Shown: positions 49,186-61,594 of the stretch, piece after piece
Numbering within the stretch: position 1 is the stretch's first letter
Layout of the letters: each line of letters opens with the position of its first letter
Source of the DNA: Callorhinchus milii
Taxonomy: Eukaryota
DNA: 64,000 bases
Assembly: GCF_018977255.1 (NCBI RefSeq)
Contig: NW_024704743.1
Coordinates: forward strand, 4,466,001-4,530,000
Direction of reading: 5' to 3'
Notes under the pieces: model-generated
The model's input: only the letters and a program-made list of their open reading frames with translations
The model's database searches: none
What the model was told of the DNA's origin: nothing
Position numbers and translations under genes: made by a program

Positions 49186-51255
49186 CAGAGGCAACAGATA
49201 GTAGGTTAAAGACTGTGAAACCTTTCCCCCCCACCCCCACCACCCACACTTCCTCCTCCCACCCCCACCCAACCGCTCCCCCACCCACAGTTTTTCCATC
49301 ATCCTGCACTGTGCAGTCCTGTTTTCCAAGCGTTTCCATGAAAAACAGTGGCGCGCTGGCTTTGGGCTCCCTTCAAACCCTCCCTTTGGAGGGGAAAGAA
49401 AAACAGCGATGGCGGAAATTCATCGCACGGAGGTCCGTCAGGTCCTAAAATAAGAGAAGATCAGCTGACCTTCGCTTTATTTTCGGTTCGGCTTTGCCGC
49501 TTCCCCTTTGTTTTTCCGTTCCCACCCAACACCACCCTCTGAGGCCTCTGCCCATCCAGATTGGAGTGTCCGTAGAGATTTCCCGACGACAGGATCAGAC
49601 GTCAAACGCTGTCTTCCCCCAATTGAAAAGCCAATTGATCGCTGGCCAGGATGAGGGTGGGGGTTCTGGGTGGGGGTCTGGGGTTTTGGTAGACACGTAA
49701 ATGGGGAATATTTCCATGGCCATGTTTTGAACGTGACCTGAAACTGAGGTGCCGTCTGCGCCTGTTCAGGTGGACCTAAAAGATTCTGTGGCGCTGATAG
49801 AAAAGAGGGAAGGGAATTTCTCCCAGTGTCCTGGCCAACAATCTCCAACCCATACACAAGCACACAAACACACATACACACACATACACACAAACACATA
49901 CACACAGACACATACACGAGGCAGATTAACCCTGTGTGGTTTGTTTACCCAAAAAATCCTGCTTAACCTATTCATTCGACTTCCTACTTGTGCCCCGTTT
50001 AGACCATTAAATACATTTGCAAAGGTGGGGGATGGGATTAATCCAACCAACAAGATGTACATGTGTGTGTGCGTGTTGGGAGGGGGACAACCATGTAAAG
50101 GGTGATGCACACGCACATGCACAGACACACACACACAAAGAAAGAAAATTGATCATCTACTTCAGGGCTGTTAGTGGGAACAGCAATTCGCACATTGCTT
50201 TGTGTAAATTGGTGGCCCACAGAATATAGTCACTCAGGTTTTGAGGCACAATATCAATTGTTATCAAATTATTATTTATTATTGATCTCCTGAGCGAGCT
50301 ATCAGAGCGTGTTTGTGGAAATTAACCCAGCGAGTGTTTCCGCCTGCAGGAGAAACAGGGAGCATGTTGTTTTGCATGTGTGCATGCGTGTTTGTGCGTG
50401 GAGGAAAGCATTTACATCTCGGTGAATTGATGGCGAAAACCTGTGGAACCTGGGTGATTGCTATCTTTTTCTCTCCAGTTGAGGCGTTAAGAGTATTGCC
50501 GTGCCATAGATAATAATCGTGCTTGCGTTTGATACAGCGCCTTATCCCGTCTTCGAGAAGTCTCAAAGCCCCTCGAGGAGTATTCTGCAAAGTGAATTGA
50601 CTGTATATTTTGTGGGCGTAGATAGTTGGAGAGGGAAGCTTCAGAAGTAAGGGTAAAATCATTCACAGTGCCATCCTGTCCAGACAGTCGGGACACAAGT
50701 CTTCTTTTCCAGCTGTTTTGTCAGGGCCGAACAGAGCAATGCTGCTTATCCAAACTGTCTGGACTTGTATAACCATTTCATTGTACTTCTCGACTTACTC
50801 AAACAAGGGGGTTTTCCTGAATGATTTGAATAAACAGATTCTCATTGTAGTCTACGACTGTGGCATCAGTAATACATGAAGGTTGTGACAGCTTTGTCGC
50901 GTGTCTGCTTCTTATTATTATTACGCACTGTAGAAAATTGCTATTGGTACTTGTAATGTTGCTTCCAGATTCTAATGAAGGCAAAGTTAGTTTCGCCCAC
51001 AAAATATACAGTCGATTCACTTTACAATATATTCTGTGATTGGCTTTGAGACGTCTCGAAGACGTGATAAGGCGTTGTATCAATTGCAAGGATTATTATT
51101 ATTTAACAGAGCATCTTATCGTCGGTCCGTCTCAAAGCACTTAACAGGATGTTTTCTGTGAAGTGGAGTGACTGTAATATCTAGACCAACACTGTATCCA
51201 ATTCATGCATAACACAGGCCCACAAATGATCATCAGTTATATCTGGGGAACTATT

Positions 51256-51745
51256 AATAATAATAATAATAATCCTTGCATTTGATATAGCGCTTTTCAC
51301 GTCAGGAGGACGTCCCAAAGCGCTTCACAGAATATACTGTAAAGTGAATTGACTGTATATTTGTGGGCGAACGCGGCAGCCAATTGCGCACAGCAATGTC
51401 CCACAAACAGTCGTAGATTGACCAGGACATTGGATTCACTTCCTAATCTTTTTGAATAGGATCCTCTAACGTCCACCTGAATAGGCAGACGGGACCTTGG
51501 TTTAATGTATCATGCGAATGACGGCACCTCTGACAATATAGCATTCCCCGCATCACTGGATTGGATTGTCAGCCTCGACAAAGTCGAAGTCCCGATGTGA
51601 GGGTTTGACACCGCCTGCTGACTTGGAGTTGTAATCCTGGGATTCCCGGGATCCCTAAGCTAACGGTGGTCCCGAAATCCCGGGATTGCAACCTCTACTT
51701 CTGACCCAAAGATGAGAGAGCGCGACCAGCTTGAGCTGGGCTGAC
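51256..51745 (-). mobile_element. Young SINE 3' half abutting a Deu-like SINE (51420-51745)
   Basis: CTCCT-loop tail; Deu-like core rc (AACGTCCACCTGAATAGGCAGAC) and head. Confidence 0.78.
51623..51697. mobile_element. 75-bp palindromic hAT-like micro-MITE inside a Deu-like SINE
   Basis: Arms TTGGAGTTGTAATCCTGGGATTCCCGGGA / TCCCGAAATCCCGGGATTGCAACCTCTA; flanking 8-mers CTGCTGAC / CTTCTGAC (7/8). Confidence 0.75.
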
Positions 51746-52180
51746 TTCATTCAGCTGTGTTGAACTTTTATTTTAACAAAAGCGTGAGCTGCTCTGTGCT
51801 ACACCTTGCGCAGGTGTGGAAAATGTGAACGGAGGAAGCTGTCAGTGTTGAGAGAATATTTGCTTAGACTTGTTATTAGCGACGGTGTTCATTTAACTCT
51901 GGCGGAAAGAATCGCCACTCTTAACTGCAGCTCCAGTAGTGGAAAAAAAAATCGTAAAAAAAGTATTTTCTACGACCAGCAAAGGATTCTTGTATTTCCC
52001 CCATCCTTGGGGATATCTCCTAAGCTTCTGGATTGTTTCTATGATACGTGTAGCTTGGAATTCGGATCTGACCTGCTGTCAGCTTTGCGAAGCGCTCTCC
52101 AGATATGAAAAACATTATAGAAATATAAAATTGTTGTTGAGTTTCTTTCATGCCTCTGATCAGACTCCTCAGCTGCTAGA

Positions 52181-52503
52181 GTGGAGTCCTGTAGCTCAGT
52201 GGTTAGAGCACTCGCCTCGCAAGCAAAGAGACCTGGGTTCGATTCCGGGCAGGTCGAAACCTTGGGCAAGTTTCCTTACTCCGCACGTTTGATACTAATC
52301 CCTCAAGAAAAAAAACCCAATAATAAATTGGTCACTTCAATCCACAACTGTTTGTGGGACGCTGCTGTGCGCAATTGGCTGCCACGTTTTGCCCACACAA
52401 TATACAGTCAATTCACTTTACAGTCTAGTCTGTGAAGCGCTTTGAGATGTCTAGAAGATGGGAAAAGCGCCATATCAAATGCCCAGAATTATTATTATTA
52501 TTA
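52181..52503 (+). mobile_element. tRNA-derived SINE, short intermediate subfamily
   Basis: Intact A/B boxes, no central block, TAGAA-loop tail. Confidence 0.9.
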
Positions 52504-53233
52504 ATATAGGTTAGCCATTAACTATTCTATGTCGTACGCTGTTACTTGATAATATCTATGTATACATCGGTTTTCCTTCTATAGCTAGGGAGATTACTTT
52601 GAACTAAAAGTATTGGAATACACGCCCTGGCCAACAATCTTCCGAAACAAAATTGGTGGCCGACTTAACGGCTGTTTGTGGGACATCGCTGTGTGCAAAT
52701 TGGCTCCTGTGTTCGTCCCAACAGAACACTCGGACATTCCACATTACAGCACATTCCTGTGAAGCGCTTTGGGATGTCCATCCTGACGTGAAAGGCGCTG
52801 TACCAACTACAAGGATTATCACCACAATTATTATTGCTGTTATTACTCTAAGTGCCGGTGCAATGGGTTGAGCGAATTGGGAGGCAATCCAGAGTTCCCT
52901 GACTCCTGGAAAGCATTGGGCTGCCTGTCTATTGTCGCACAGTTGCCTGTGAGCCTGCTTTTCGCCTCTCGAGTTCAGGGAGTCTGGGTCAGCTCCTTGG
53001 CCGTGGAGAGTAAATGGAAATACTGAACTCCAGAGCGATATGTGGCTCCTCGGAACTTATGGCATCCCAGCAGCTGAGGACTCCAATCTGAGGTGATGAA
53101 AGAAACTTGAATTCCTAGCTCTAACGCATAATATATATCTATAAATACCTTGATTTTCCTTCTATAGCCGGGGATTACTCTGAACCAAAAGTAACCCCCA
53201 TTTGACTCCCCCCTTACCCTTTTTAGGGCCTAA

Positions 53234-53502
53234 AATAATAATAATAATACTCGCATTTGACACATGTGCCTTATCACGTCTTCAAGAGCGCTTCACAGAA
53301 TATACTGTGAAGTGAATTGACTGCATATTTTGTGGGCGAAACGCGGCAGCCAATTGCGCACAGCAGTGTCCCACAATCAGTCGTGGATTGAGTGACCAAT
53401 TGACTAATATTATTTTTTGAAGGAATTATTACCCCCGGAAAAGCCATCCGCCAATCGACTAGCAACCGGATTCCTACGTACTGCTAGGGAAACAGAGGCG
53501 TG
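53234..53502 (-). mobile_element. 5'-truncated SINE, long subfamily
   Basis: Central block and 3' half on the minus strand. Confidence 0.85.
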
Positions 53503-53739
53503 TGGATTATTATTATTATTTATTATTATTATTTATTCGCCATCTATTACTATTGTCGTTATAAAAAATGCCATCTGGGTACAGTACAGATGTAACCAGG
53601 ACCTGTTCAAAGTAATTGTATTTCTCATGGCTGCGTCGTGCAGGAGTTGAACTGGCAGTAAATACACTGACGAAATGCTGCCGCGAAATGTGCAAAGTTG
53701 TAAAGAAACCCAGGGTGTAAAGGCTGTAAAGAAAGTCTC

Positions 53740-54050
53740 GGACGTGTTGCCTTTCGGACGAGATGTCCAGGTGGACGTTAAAGATCGCTTGGCGCTATTT
53801 GAAAAGCGAAGGGACTTCCTCTGTCCCGGTGACCTGGTCAACAATTCCAGCCCCCCCGTCCACCCCCACCAAATAAGATCGGTTGCTCACTCCATGATTG
53901 TCCGTGGGATTTTCCTGCAAATTAGCTACTGTGTTCGCCTGAAAAAATACACACAGTCGCGCCAGTTTACAGTACAACCTGTGAAGCGCTTTGAGACGTC
54001 TCGAAGACGTGATGAGGTGCTACATCGAATGCGAGGATTGTTATTATCGT
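53740..54050 (+). mobile_element. Deu-like SINE (core + 3' half)
   Basis: CCTTTCGGACGAGATG..CAGGTGGACGTTAAAGATCGCTTGGCGCTATTTGAAAAG core and tail. Confidence 0.72.
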
Positions 54051-54089
54051 TATTAATCGAACCGCGGTGTGGGTGCTGTGATATTTCTA

Positions 54090-54430
54090 ATAATACCACG
54101 AATCCTTGCATTTGATACAGAGCCTTATCAAATCATCGAGACTTTTCAGAGCGCTCCCTGGGAGACACTGTAAAATGGATTAATTGTGCTTTTTGTCAGC
54201 AAAACACAGCAGCCAATGGCGCACAGAAGTGTCCCACAAACAGCCGTGAAACAAACGACCAATTATATTTGAACAGGCAGATGAACCGTGGATTAATGTG
54301 AAGTACGGTACCTCCAAGCACCGCAGCACGCCCCCCAGCGCTGCGATGGAACGGCAGCGATGTGGGGCTTGAACCCACAAACTGTCTGACTCAGTGGCAA
54401 GAGCGCTACCAACAGAGGCTCAGACCGACA
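54090..54430 (-). mobile_element. Deu-like SINE
   Basis: Tail, partial core and head (rc GGGTTCAAGCCCCAC). Confidence 0.7.
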
Positions 54431-55384
54431 TGTTCATGATCGCTCTTAATCAAGGTTAAACTCCACAGGTACTCCAAAGGCGCACGCTGAGGCCCACAAG
54501 CCTTGAAGTTTGTTAAGCAAAGTGTTAACAATTGCAGGAAAATTTCCCCGCGCAGGTGGCACGGGTGCGTGGAACTCTCAGTCTGGTCCGGATACCGTCA
54601 AGCACGGTGACGGAACTCAGTCACCCCACTGACTCAAAACAAATGCACCGACATGACCCGATTATGAAAAAAGCTGACGAAAAGTGTACCCCAAAAAATC
54701 GTCAACGTTTTTCGTTGGGCAACTTAGCAAGTGAACCGTTGGATTGGAATATCGTGGAAAGGGTTCACGCATTTTGTGCGTTAGCTATACTTCAAAACTC
54801 CCGTGTTTGCAGAATGCGATTTGTTTGCGGACACTGTGATATCTCTGCCTCGTGTATGTGATAATGATGATAATAGTAATAATAATAACATTACGTGTAT
54901 TTGATATTACTTCATCACGTTGTTGAAAGGTCTCGAAGCTCTTCACAGGGTTTACGCTGTAGAGTGTAATGACTGTACATTTTGGAGGCAATCTTGCAAG
55001 CATGTTGTGTGTACATCCACTTTCCGTAGAACTTCGCACATGGCTTGCGTTGTGTGCGTTTGCTTTGTCTGAAATTTCACGGCTATATATAAGTTCAGCT
55101 GTTCGGCACAGCCTAACTGCTCCGAACTTCCTGACTCTTCCTGCCAATCCCATTGCTGACATTCAGTTTCGCTGCCAAGTGAAGTGCTATTTACTGTACA
55201 AAAAGAATGCAGTTTGTTGCCACAGCAGCTGTAAAGTGTTTTGCATAGTCACAGGAACAGATAATTACATTCCAGGTTTAAATCCTGCTCCTCGGAATCC
55301 CTGGACACACAAATACAATTTCATTCTATCGCGTTCATTTTGATCAACTGAAAGTGCGGCATGAATTTCTCAAGAAAGATTGCA

Positions 55385-55960
55385 TCGTGATCGGGCCTTC
55401 AGCTTTTCTGCTCTTACCTCCTGGAACTCAACCCCAGTATCCCGAGGCCTTGCCCAGCACCCTTTACTCCCTAAAGTAGTCCTGTGGAGTCCTGTAGCTC
55501 AGTGGTTAGAGCACTCGCTTTGCAAGCGAGAGACCCGAGTTCAGTTCCAGGCAGAGGGCGAAACCTTGGGCAAGTTTCCTTACTCCACACAGAGCCTAAT
55601 AATAATCCCTCCAAAACCAAAAACAATAATAAATTGGTCATTTTCAATCTACAACTGTTTGTGGGACATTGCTGTGCGCAATTGGCTGACGCGTTCGCCC
55701 ACAAATATACAGTCAATTCACTTTACAGTGTGTTCTGTGAAGCGCTTTGGGACATCCTCCCGACGTGAAAAGCCCTATATCAAATGCAAGGATTATTATT
55801 ATTATTATTAAAGGCCCATCTCAAGACCTTTCTCTTTCTATCCCGCATTCTCCCACCACTCCCGCCCCTACTCTCCACCCCTCTTTGATTCCATCCCCCA
55901 GCTCGAGCGCAAACCCTTAACTGTCCAGCCAGCGCCTTGGGACGTCCATCCAACGTGCAA
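55385..55960 (+). mobile_element. L2 3' fragment split by a young SINE
   Basis: RAFSFSALTSWNS before and KAHLKTFLF after the insertion. Confidence 0.72.
55484..55810 (+). mobile_element. tRNA-derived SINE, short young subfamily
   Basis: Full copy; TAAAG at both flanks (55472-55476, 55809-55813). Confidence 0.92.
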
Positions 55961-56239
55961 GAGAATTCCTTGTTGGTTGGGGAAAAAGAAATAGCTTGCA
56001 TTTTTTTAGCGTCCGATGTCAAAACTATTCAGATGGAAAGTTTTGAGATAAACGTCTTAAGGCTGAGAGCATGATGAATAAGACGCACTTACCTGTCCAC
56101 CAAAGATGGTAAATTTATAGGTTGTCTGAGAATGACACCCCTCCCAAAAATAAAAGTTTCTGGTAATAATAATAATAATAAAAATAGTAGTAATAATTAT
56201 TATTTTATGAGTAATATTATTATTAACAGAAACTTGATA

Positions 56240-56280
56240 AACAAAACAATCCTTGCATTTGATGTAGTTGAGACTTATCA

Positions 56281-56313
<33 letters not shown>

Positions 56314-56546
56314 TTCATGTTGTTGAGACTTATCAAAGCGCTTCAAGGGATACACTGTTAAGCGGATTGAATGTACATTTTGTGGGCAAAATGCAGCAGC
56401 CTCCCATAAACAGTCATGGAGTGAGTGACCAATTTTATTTGGGGGATTGTTGGCCAGGATGATGGAGAAACTCCTTTTGAATAGTTTCATGAGATCCTAA
56501 ACGTCCACCTGAACAGGCAGACACGGTTTAACATGTCATCCGAAGG
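56240..56546 (-). mobile_element. Deu-like SINE (core + 3' half)
   Basis: rc core AACGTCCACCTGAACAGGCAGAC..CATCCGAAGG. Confidence 0.7.
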
Positions 56547-56721
56547 TAATATGGACTGCCTTGTTTTTTTTTAGCCTGTATACAGAACTTGTTGGACGCC
56601 CAGCTAGTTTTGAACACTCCCAAGAAGTTTCACTGTGAACCAGAAGAAGGCCATTAGGCCCATCGACTCTGTGCTGTCTTTTTCAAAGGACGGACTTTTC
56701 AGTCATGTTTACCTGACTCGA

Positions 56722-57047
56722 GTGGAGTTCCGTAGCTCAGTGGTTAGTGCAAGCGAGCGCAGTGCAAGCGAGAGACCCGGGTTCGATTCCCGGCAGGGCG
56801 AAACCTTGGGCAGGTTTCCTTACTCCACATGCCTGATAATAATCCCTCAAGAAAAGAAAAGAATAAAATAATAAATTGGTCACTCAGTCCACGTCTGTTT
56901 GTGGGGACGCTGCTGTGCGCAATTGGCTGCCGCGTTTCGCCCACAAATATACAGTCAATTCACTTTACAGTATGTTCTGTGAAGCGCTTTGAGACGTCTC
57001 GAAGACGTAAATGCGCTATTATCAAATGCAAAGATTATTATTATTAT
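56722..57047 (+). mobile_element. tRNA-derived SINE, short intermediate subfamily
   Basis: A/B boxes, local AGTGCAAGCGAG duplication in the head, TCGAA-loop tail. Confidence 0.9.
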
Positions 57048-57644
57048 TTTCCCCTGAACCCCTGCAGCTTACTCCTTTTCAGACATCCGTCTAGTTTCCT
57101 TTTATGCGAAGGGCACGATACGAACGCAACTTGTTGTTTAACTAATATTATAATCCGGCATTGGGACGTGCACAGAGTTGCCCTTCTCTTGCGTTGAACC
57201 CAGAATGTGCGTAAGGTAGAACTGACACCTTTAGGTTCTGTGCTAAATCTGTGCCTGTGACATAATTATATTATTAGTTGCCCATCTGTCCGCAGCTTAA
57301 TTGCTCAATACCTAACAGGACCAGTGTTTCATTTTGAGCGTTAACCTTCATTGTCCAAAGTTGGAGACAACTTCCAAATTGAATGGATAATTGAGTTTGA
57401 TGAAGCACGTTGACCTCAAATGTTTAAGTGTCACGCTAAAAACAAACACTGCAGTACAGTGACGTGAGGGGCAAGTGCCACAGAGATTGACGACCTACCA
57501 AGAGACGACTGACACTGTTAATTGCTGTTATCTTGTATAGGATGTAAATGATCTAACGTCCCTGGCAAATAAAGATCGGTGCTGCAACAATGGGATTGCG
57601 AGGCAGCTGAAATGAGCCGGCGAAATTCTTGTGCGTTGGAGGAG

Positions 57645-57905
57645 GCCAACCCACTCCTCTGGGACTCCCTCCCCCTGCCTCGCCTCCTTCAAGACACGTC
57701 TCAAGAGCCTCCTCTTCGACCCGTGCCTTCGATCATACCTCCTTTCCCACTGCCCTCCCCCCCCCCCCACACACACACACCCCTTCTGATCCCAACCACC
57801 AACTCGGGTGAGGACAGCTGACTGTCCAGCGCCTTGCGATGATGTCCTCCTGACGTGAAAGGCGCTGGAGAAATCTCGTGTGTTGTTGTTGTTGTTCTTA
57901 TTGTT
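57645..57905 (+). mobile_element. L2 3' fragment
   Basis: LWDSLP..FKTRLKSLLFD motif, tail stem-loop, (TTG)n. Confidence 0.8.
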
Positions 57906-58337
57906 GTCGTTTGCCCAGCAATCTGTGAGATGTTCAGGAGTTTGGAGGAGACCACTGATCAGATCCAAAGTTTTTCAAATTCTTCTGCCAGTGTTGATAC
58001 CCTACACTGGCCTCTATCCCTCCTGCTCCCCTCAAGTTATGCTTCAAGGTTCCTCTACATTTACAAAGTCGAAATTCCTTCACCATTATGCTGACCTGAA
58101 AAATTATCCTCAAACTGGCAGCTCCGGTGCTGAAACCTTGAATGTCTGTAGGGGTGGGGGGTGGGGGGGGGGGTGCGGGGTGGGGGGGAATAAAATCGAC
58201 TCTGACTCTAGGGCGTAAAGAAAGCGTTTGAAATATTCGTAGGTGTATCGTAATCTGCCCCTCTGAGATGCTGCCCTGCACAAAGTCACTACGTAAATGC
58301 AAGTTGTTGTTGTTGTGGATCGCATATTACGCACGTG

Positions 58338-58785
58338 TGTCAGCCGTACTCAGTTGATAAGCAGTCTCGCCTTTTGAGGGGGGATGATTCGGGGTTCAAG
58401 CCCCACAAGGGGTCTTTGATCTCACAGTCTTGACGGACACTGCAGTGGATTGTTGGGGGCTGGTGGGTGGAGGGTGTGGGGGGGCAGAGCACTGCTTTGT
58501 TGGAGGTGAGACGGTAAACTAAGGTCCCGTCTTCCTGCACTGGTGGACGTTAAAGATTCCCTGGCTCTATTTGGAAAGAGAAGGGAGGAAAGTTTTCTCC
58601 CAGTATCCCGGCCAAGATAAACATTTTTACATTCCCTCTGTGGCTTTTCATTAAGACTTTGAAGTCAACGTACTGGCTGCCGCATTCACCTATAAATAGT
58701 CACTACACTTTGCAGTCAAAGCTCTTTGAAGCACTTTTGAGACTTTTTGACCACGTTATATGATGTTAAGTCAAATGCAAGGAAT
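58338..58785 (+). mobile_element. Deu-like SINE, near full length
   Basis: GTCAGCCGTACTCAGTTG head, GGTGGACGTTAAAGATTCCCTGGCTCTATTTGG core, tail. Confidence 0.75.
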
Positions 58786-59194
58786 ATATATTGGCTTCAA
58801 CCACGCATACTTTTGAATTGTTGGCAAACACAAGGTTAGGACCACGCCAGAGATTTTGGCAGTCGATGCGGAGTCATTGGCACCAGCTTAACCGTTCTGT
58901 TTTCTCTCTCCAGTTCCATTATATTCCGAACTTCGAGCTGTAGGAATGTATGACATTGCGTAGTATGCTGCAAATTAGTTCTTGTGTGATGCATTTTATA
59001 TGACCCAGCTGTCAGGTGAGAGCTGTTCCGATTGTACAGCTTTTCCATGTTAGAGCTCACTTTAAATTGTACCTTTTCATATTGAGTTTTCCACTGATTT
59101 TCTTCGCTTGATTCAGGCCCGCTTCTCCCCTCATGCAACCCTGCTCCATCCGGTGCCCTCCGCGAGCATTCAGTCATTTTCCTTCTGCTTTTCC

Positions 59195-59463
59195 CTCTCT
59201 GCCTCTTGGGCCTTCAGCCTCTCCGCTCTCATCCTTTGGAAATCCCTTTGCCTCACTCCCTCCCTGGCCTCCTTCAAGGCCCGTCTCAAGACTCTCCTCT
59301 TCAACCGCGCCTTCGGTCATCTTCTTACCCTACACTCCCCGCCCTCCAACCCTCCTGATCCCAACCCCGCACACCCCCCCCCCGCACCCAGCTCGGGTCC
59401 AAATTGGCTTGGGATGTCCTCCCGGCATGAAAGGCGCTTTAGAATTGCAACTTCTTCTTCTTG
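59195..59463 (+). mobile_element. L2 3' fragment
   Basis: AFSLSALILWKSL..ASFKARLKTLLFNRAF. Confidence 0.8.
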
Positions 59464-60274
59464 TTACACTCTCTCTTTGCCTTTGGTAAGCTCCCTCTTA
59501 CAGCGCACCCCTTCCCACCTCCCTCCCCATCTCCCACCCCCTTGCTCGAGTTCTCACTCAGTCTGTGGGCAGCTCTTTTCTATATTTTCCTACGTGAAAG
59601 GAAGCTCTCCCCACACTCTAGCCCAAGTTAAGGGCACTCTATAAGCGCAAGTTGTTTGTTGAAAGGTGCTATGAAAGTGCAAGTTCCTGTCATAAGCATA
59701 AATATTTCAGCGGGTGCAAAATGTTGTAAAGCCACATTGGTACGAAATGAGCAAGGGCCCAAGAGAGGTTTGGATGAAGAAAAAGAAAGCACTTAATGCC
59801 TATTTGCTTTAATCCTTTCAGAAACCACACTCTACTGTCCCATTATAGAATAAAACTGTTTCTAAATAAGTCCAAAGGATCCTTCCTGTTAATCAATTTC
59901 TGTCATTAATTATCCTCTGCATTTAAAAAAAAGGACTTCATTGTGTCTGCCTTAAAATTGCCCTTTGCAACCCAATACCCTATTCCTTCTGTAACCCTAT
60001 ATCTGTATCTTGTTCTGTTACTTTGGTGTAACTAAAAGTATTCTGGGTTTTATTGTTTCAATTCCACTTAGGATCTAATACTCTACATGGTCCTTTTTTT
60101 TAGACTTTTTTGTCGAAATAATTTGTCCATGGCTGATTCCTCTAACTAGCGATCATCCTCTTTGCTCCGTGACTAATCCCAAATTCCACCTCCCGCACAC
60201 TCACCTACACTAGACTCCGTACCCCCATCACACCGGTTCTTAGCCAGTGTCTCCCTATCACAGAACGACCCTTG

Positions 60275-60533
60275 TACACATCCTCAAATCCCTTCATGCC
60301 CTGAAGCTTCCCTACCTCTCCGACCCGCTTACTCCCCAACCCACTACCTGCTTTCTCTGCTCGACTGGCTCTGGCCTTCTGCTTGTCCTCGTGCCCTCTG
60401 TTCCATCGTCGATGGCCGTGCTTTCAGCCACTACGCCCCAAAACTCTGGAACATTCTTGCTTTATCCCTCCACCTTGCCCGCTCCTTCCCCATCTTCAGG
60501 TCACGCCTGAAGACCTTCCTCTTCGACCGTGCA
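60275..60533 (+). mobile_element. Old L2 fragment
   Basis: Degenerate ORF2 C-terminal sequence. Confidence 0.6.
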
Positions 60534-60799
60534 GCCTGACAAGACTCACTGCACAGCTTGAACATGGCTTCTGGCTATCTCGAAGTAGAATCGAAATGGG
60601 AATTGTAACTGACAGAACATAGTCAGCCAGAAAACGGATAGGTTTTGGAGGATCACAGAATTGTAGCTTTTCTGCATTATTCGCAAATAAAGACAGCAGA
60701 TAGATTCCAGATCCTTTCATTTTGATGCCAAAATCTTTCCCATGGAGGCCCATGGTACCTAATTTGTGAAGCGACTACCGTAAGCGGAATTAATATTGT

Positions 60800-61560
60800 C
60801 CGTGTATCTGGATGTGATCTGACGCATCCATCAGTCTTCAAGGAAATAAGAGAGGAATTGACAAGGCTTTGGTTAATAAGTTCAGGAGTTGTGCTTATGA
60901 GCATTTGACGACGGTGAAGATTATCGGGGTTGTAAAATAAGTCTGAGGTATCAATATGGCAGCTACAAATCTTATTTGCCAGAGGAGAGAATTATTGAAC
61001 GTTCCCTGAACCGTTTTCAGCGCTCATCTGCCAAGAGCAGACACCGTAAGGAGTAGGTGGCGGATAAAAGCGGTCATTCCATTCCATGGCTGTTTGTGGG
61101 ACTTTGCTGCGTGCAAATTGGCTGCCGGGCTTTGCCTGCAAAAGACGCCGACAGTCCGCTTCACAGTATATCTTGTGAAATGCTTTGGGACGCCCTCCTG
61201 ATGTGAAAGGCTTGAAACCAACTGCGAGGCTTGTTATTATTTTGATGAGTTTAGAAGCGTTCGGGTTGTCTCAGAGATATGCCAGAATTTTTTTCGCAGG
61301 TTTGTGTGTCGGGCGGCAAATATATTTCACTCGGAATTTCGTAACCAATTTAATAAAAATTTGTTTTATGAGGCTTTCAAAGGAGGTTAAGGTTTACAGA
61401 ATGAATGGCAAATTAGTTAATTCGATTGAGAGATGGTCAGCAATCACAGACTAAAGGTGATGAATTTACAAAGCTCTGGCCACAGGGATCTTGTTCGGAG
61501 ACTTCAGTGTTGACATTATTCATAGCTGTTGTTGAGTGTATTTGTAAAGATTATAGCAGT
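60800..61560 (+). mobile_element. Possible highly decayed CR1 RT region (with SINE tail at ~61070-61240)
   Basis: SGCDLTHPSVFKEIREEL resembles the CR1 motif PGPDG.HPRVLKE; the NGKLVNSIERW-like stretch resembles G.L..WI..WL. Weak. Confidence 0.4.
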
Positions 61561-61594
61561 AATTGATCATGCCAAGTCACGATAATCCAGTAAT

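Noticed and set aside
3105..57197. Recurring ORFs such as [30 protein letters not shown]...CKDYYYY
   Set aside because: Translations of the multi-copy non-coding SINE, not a gene family.
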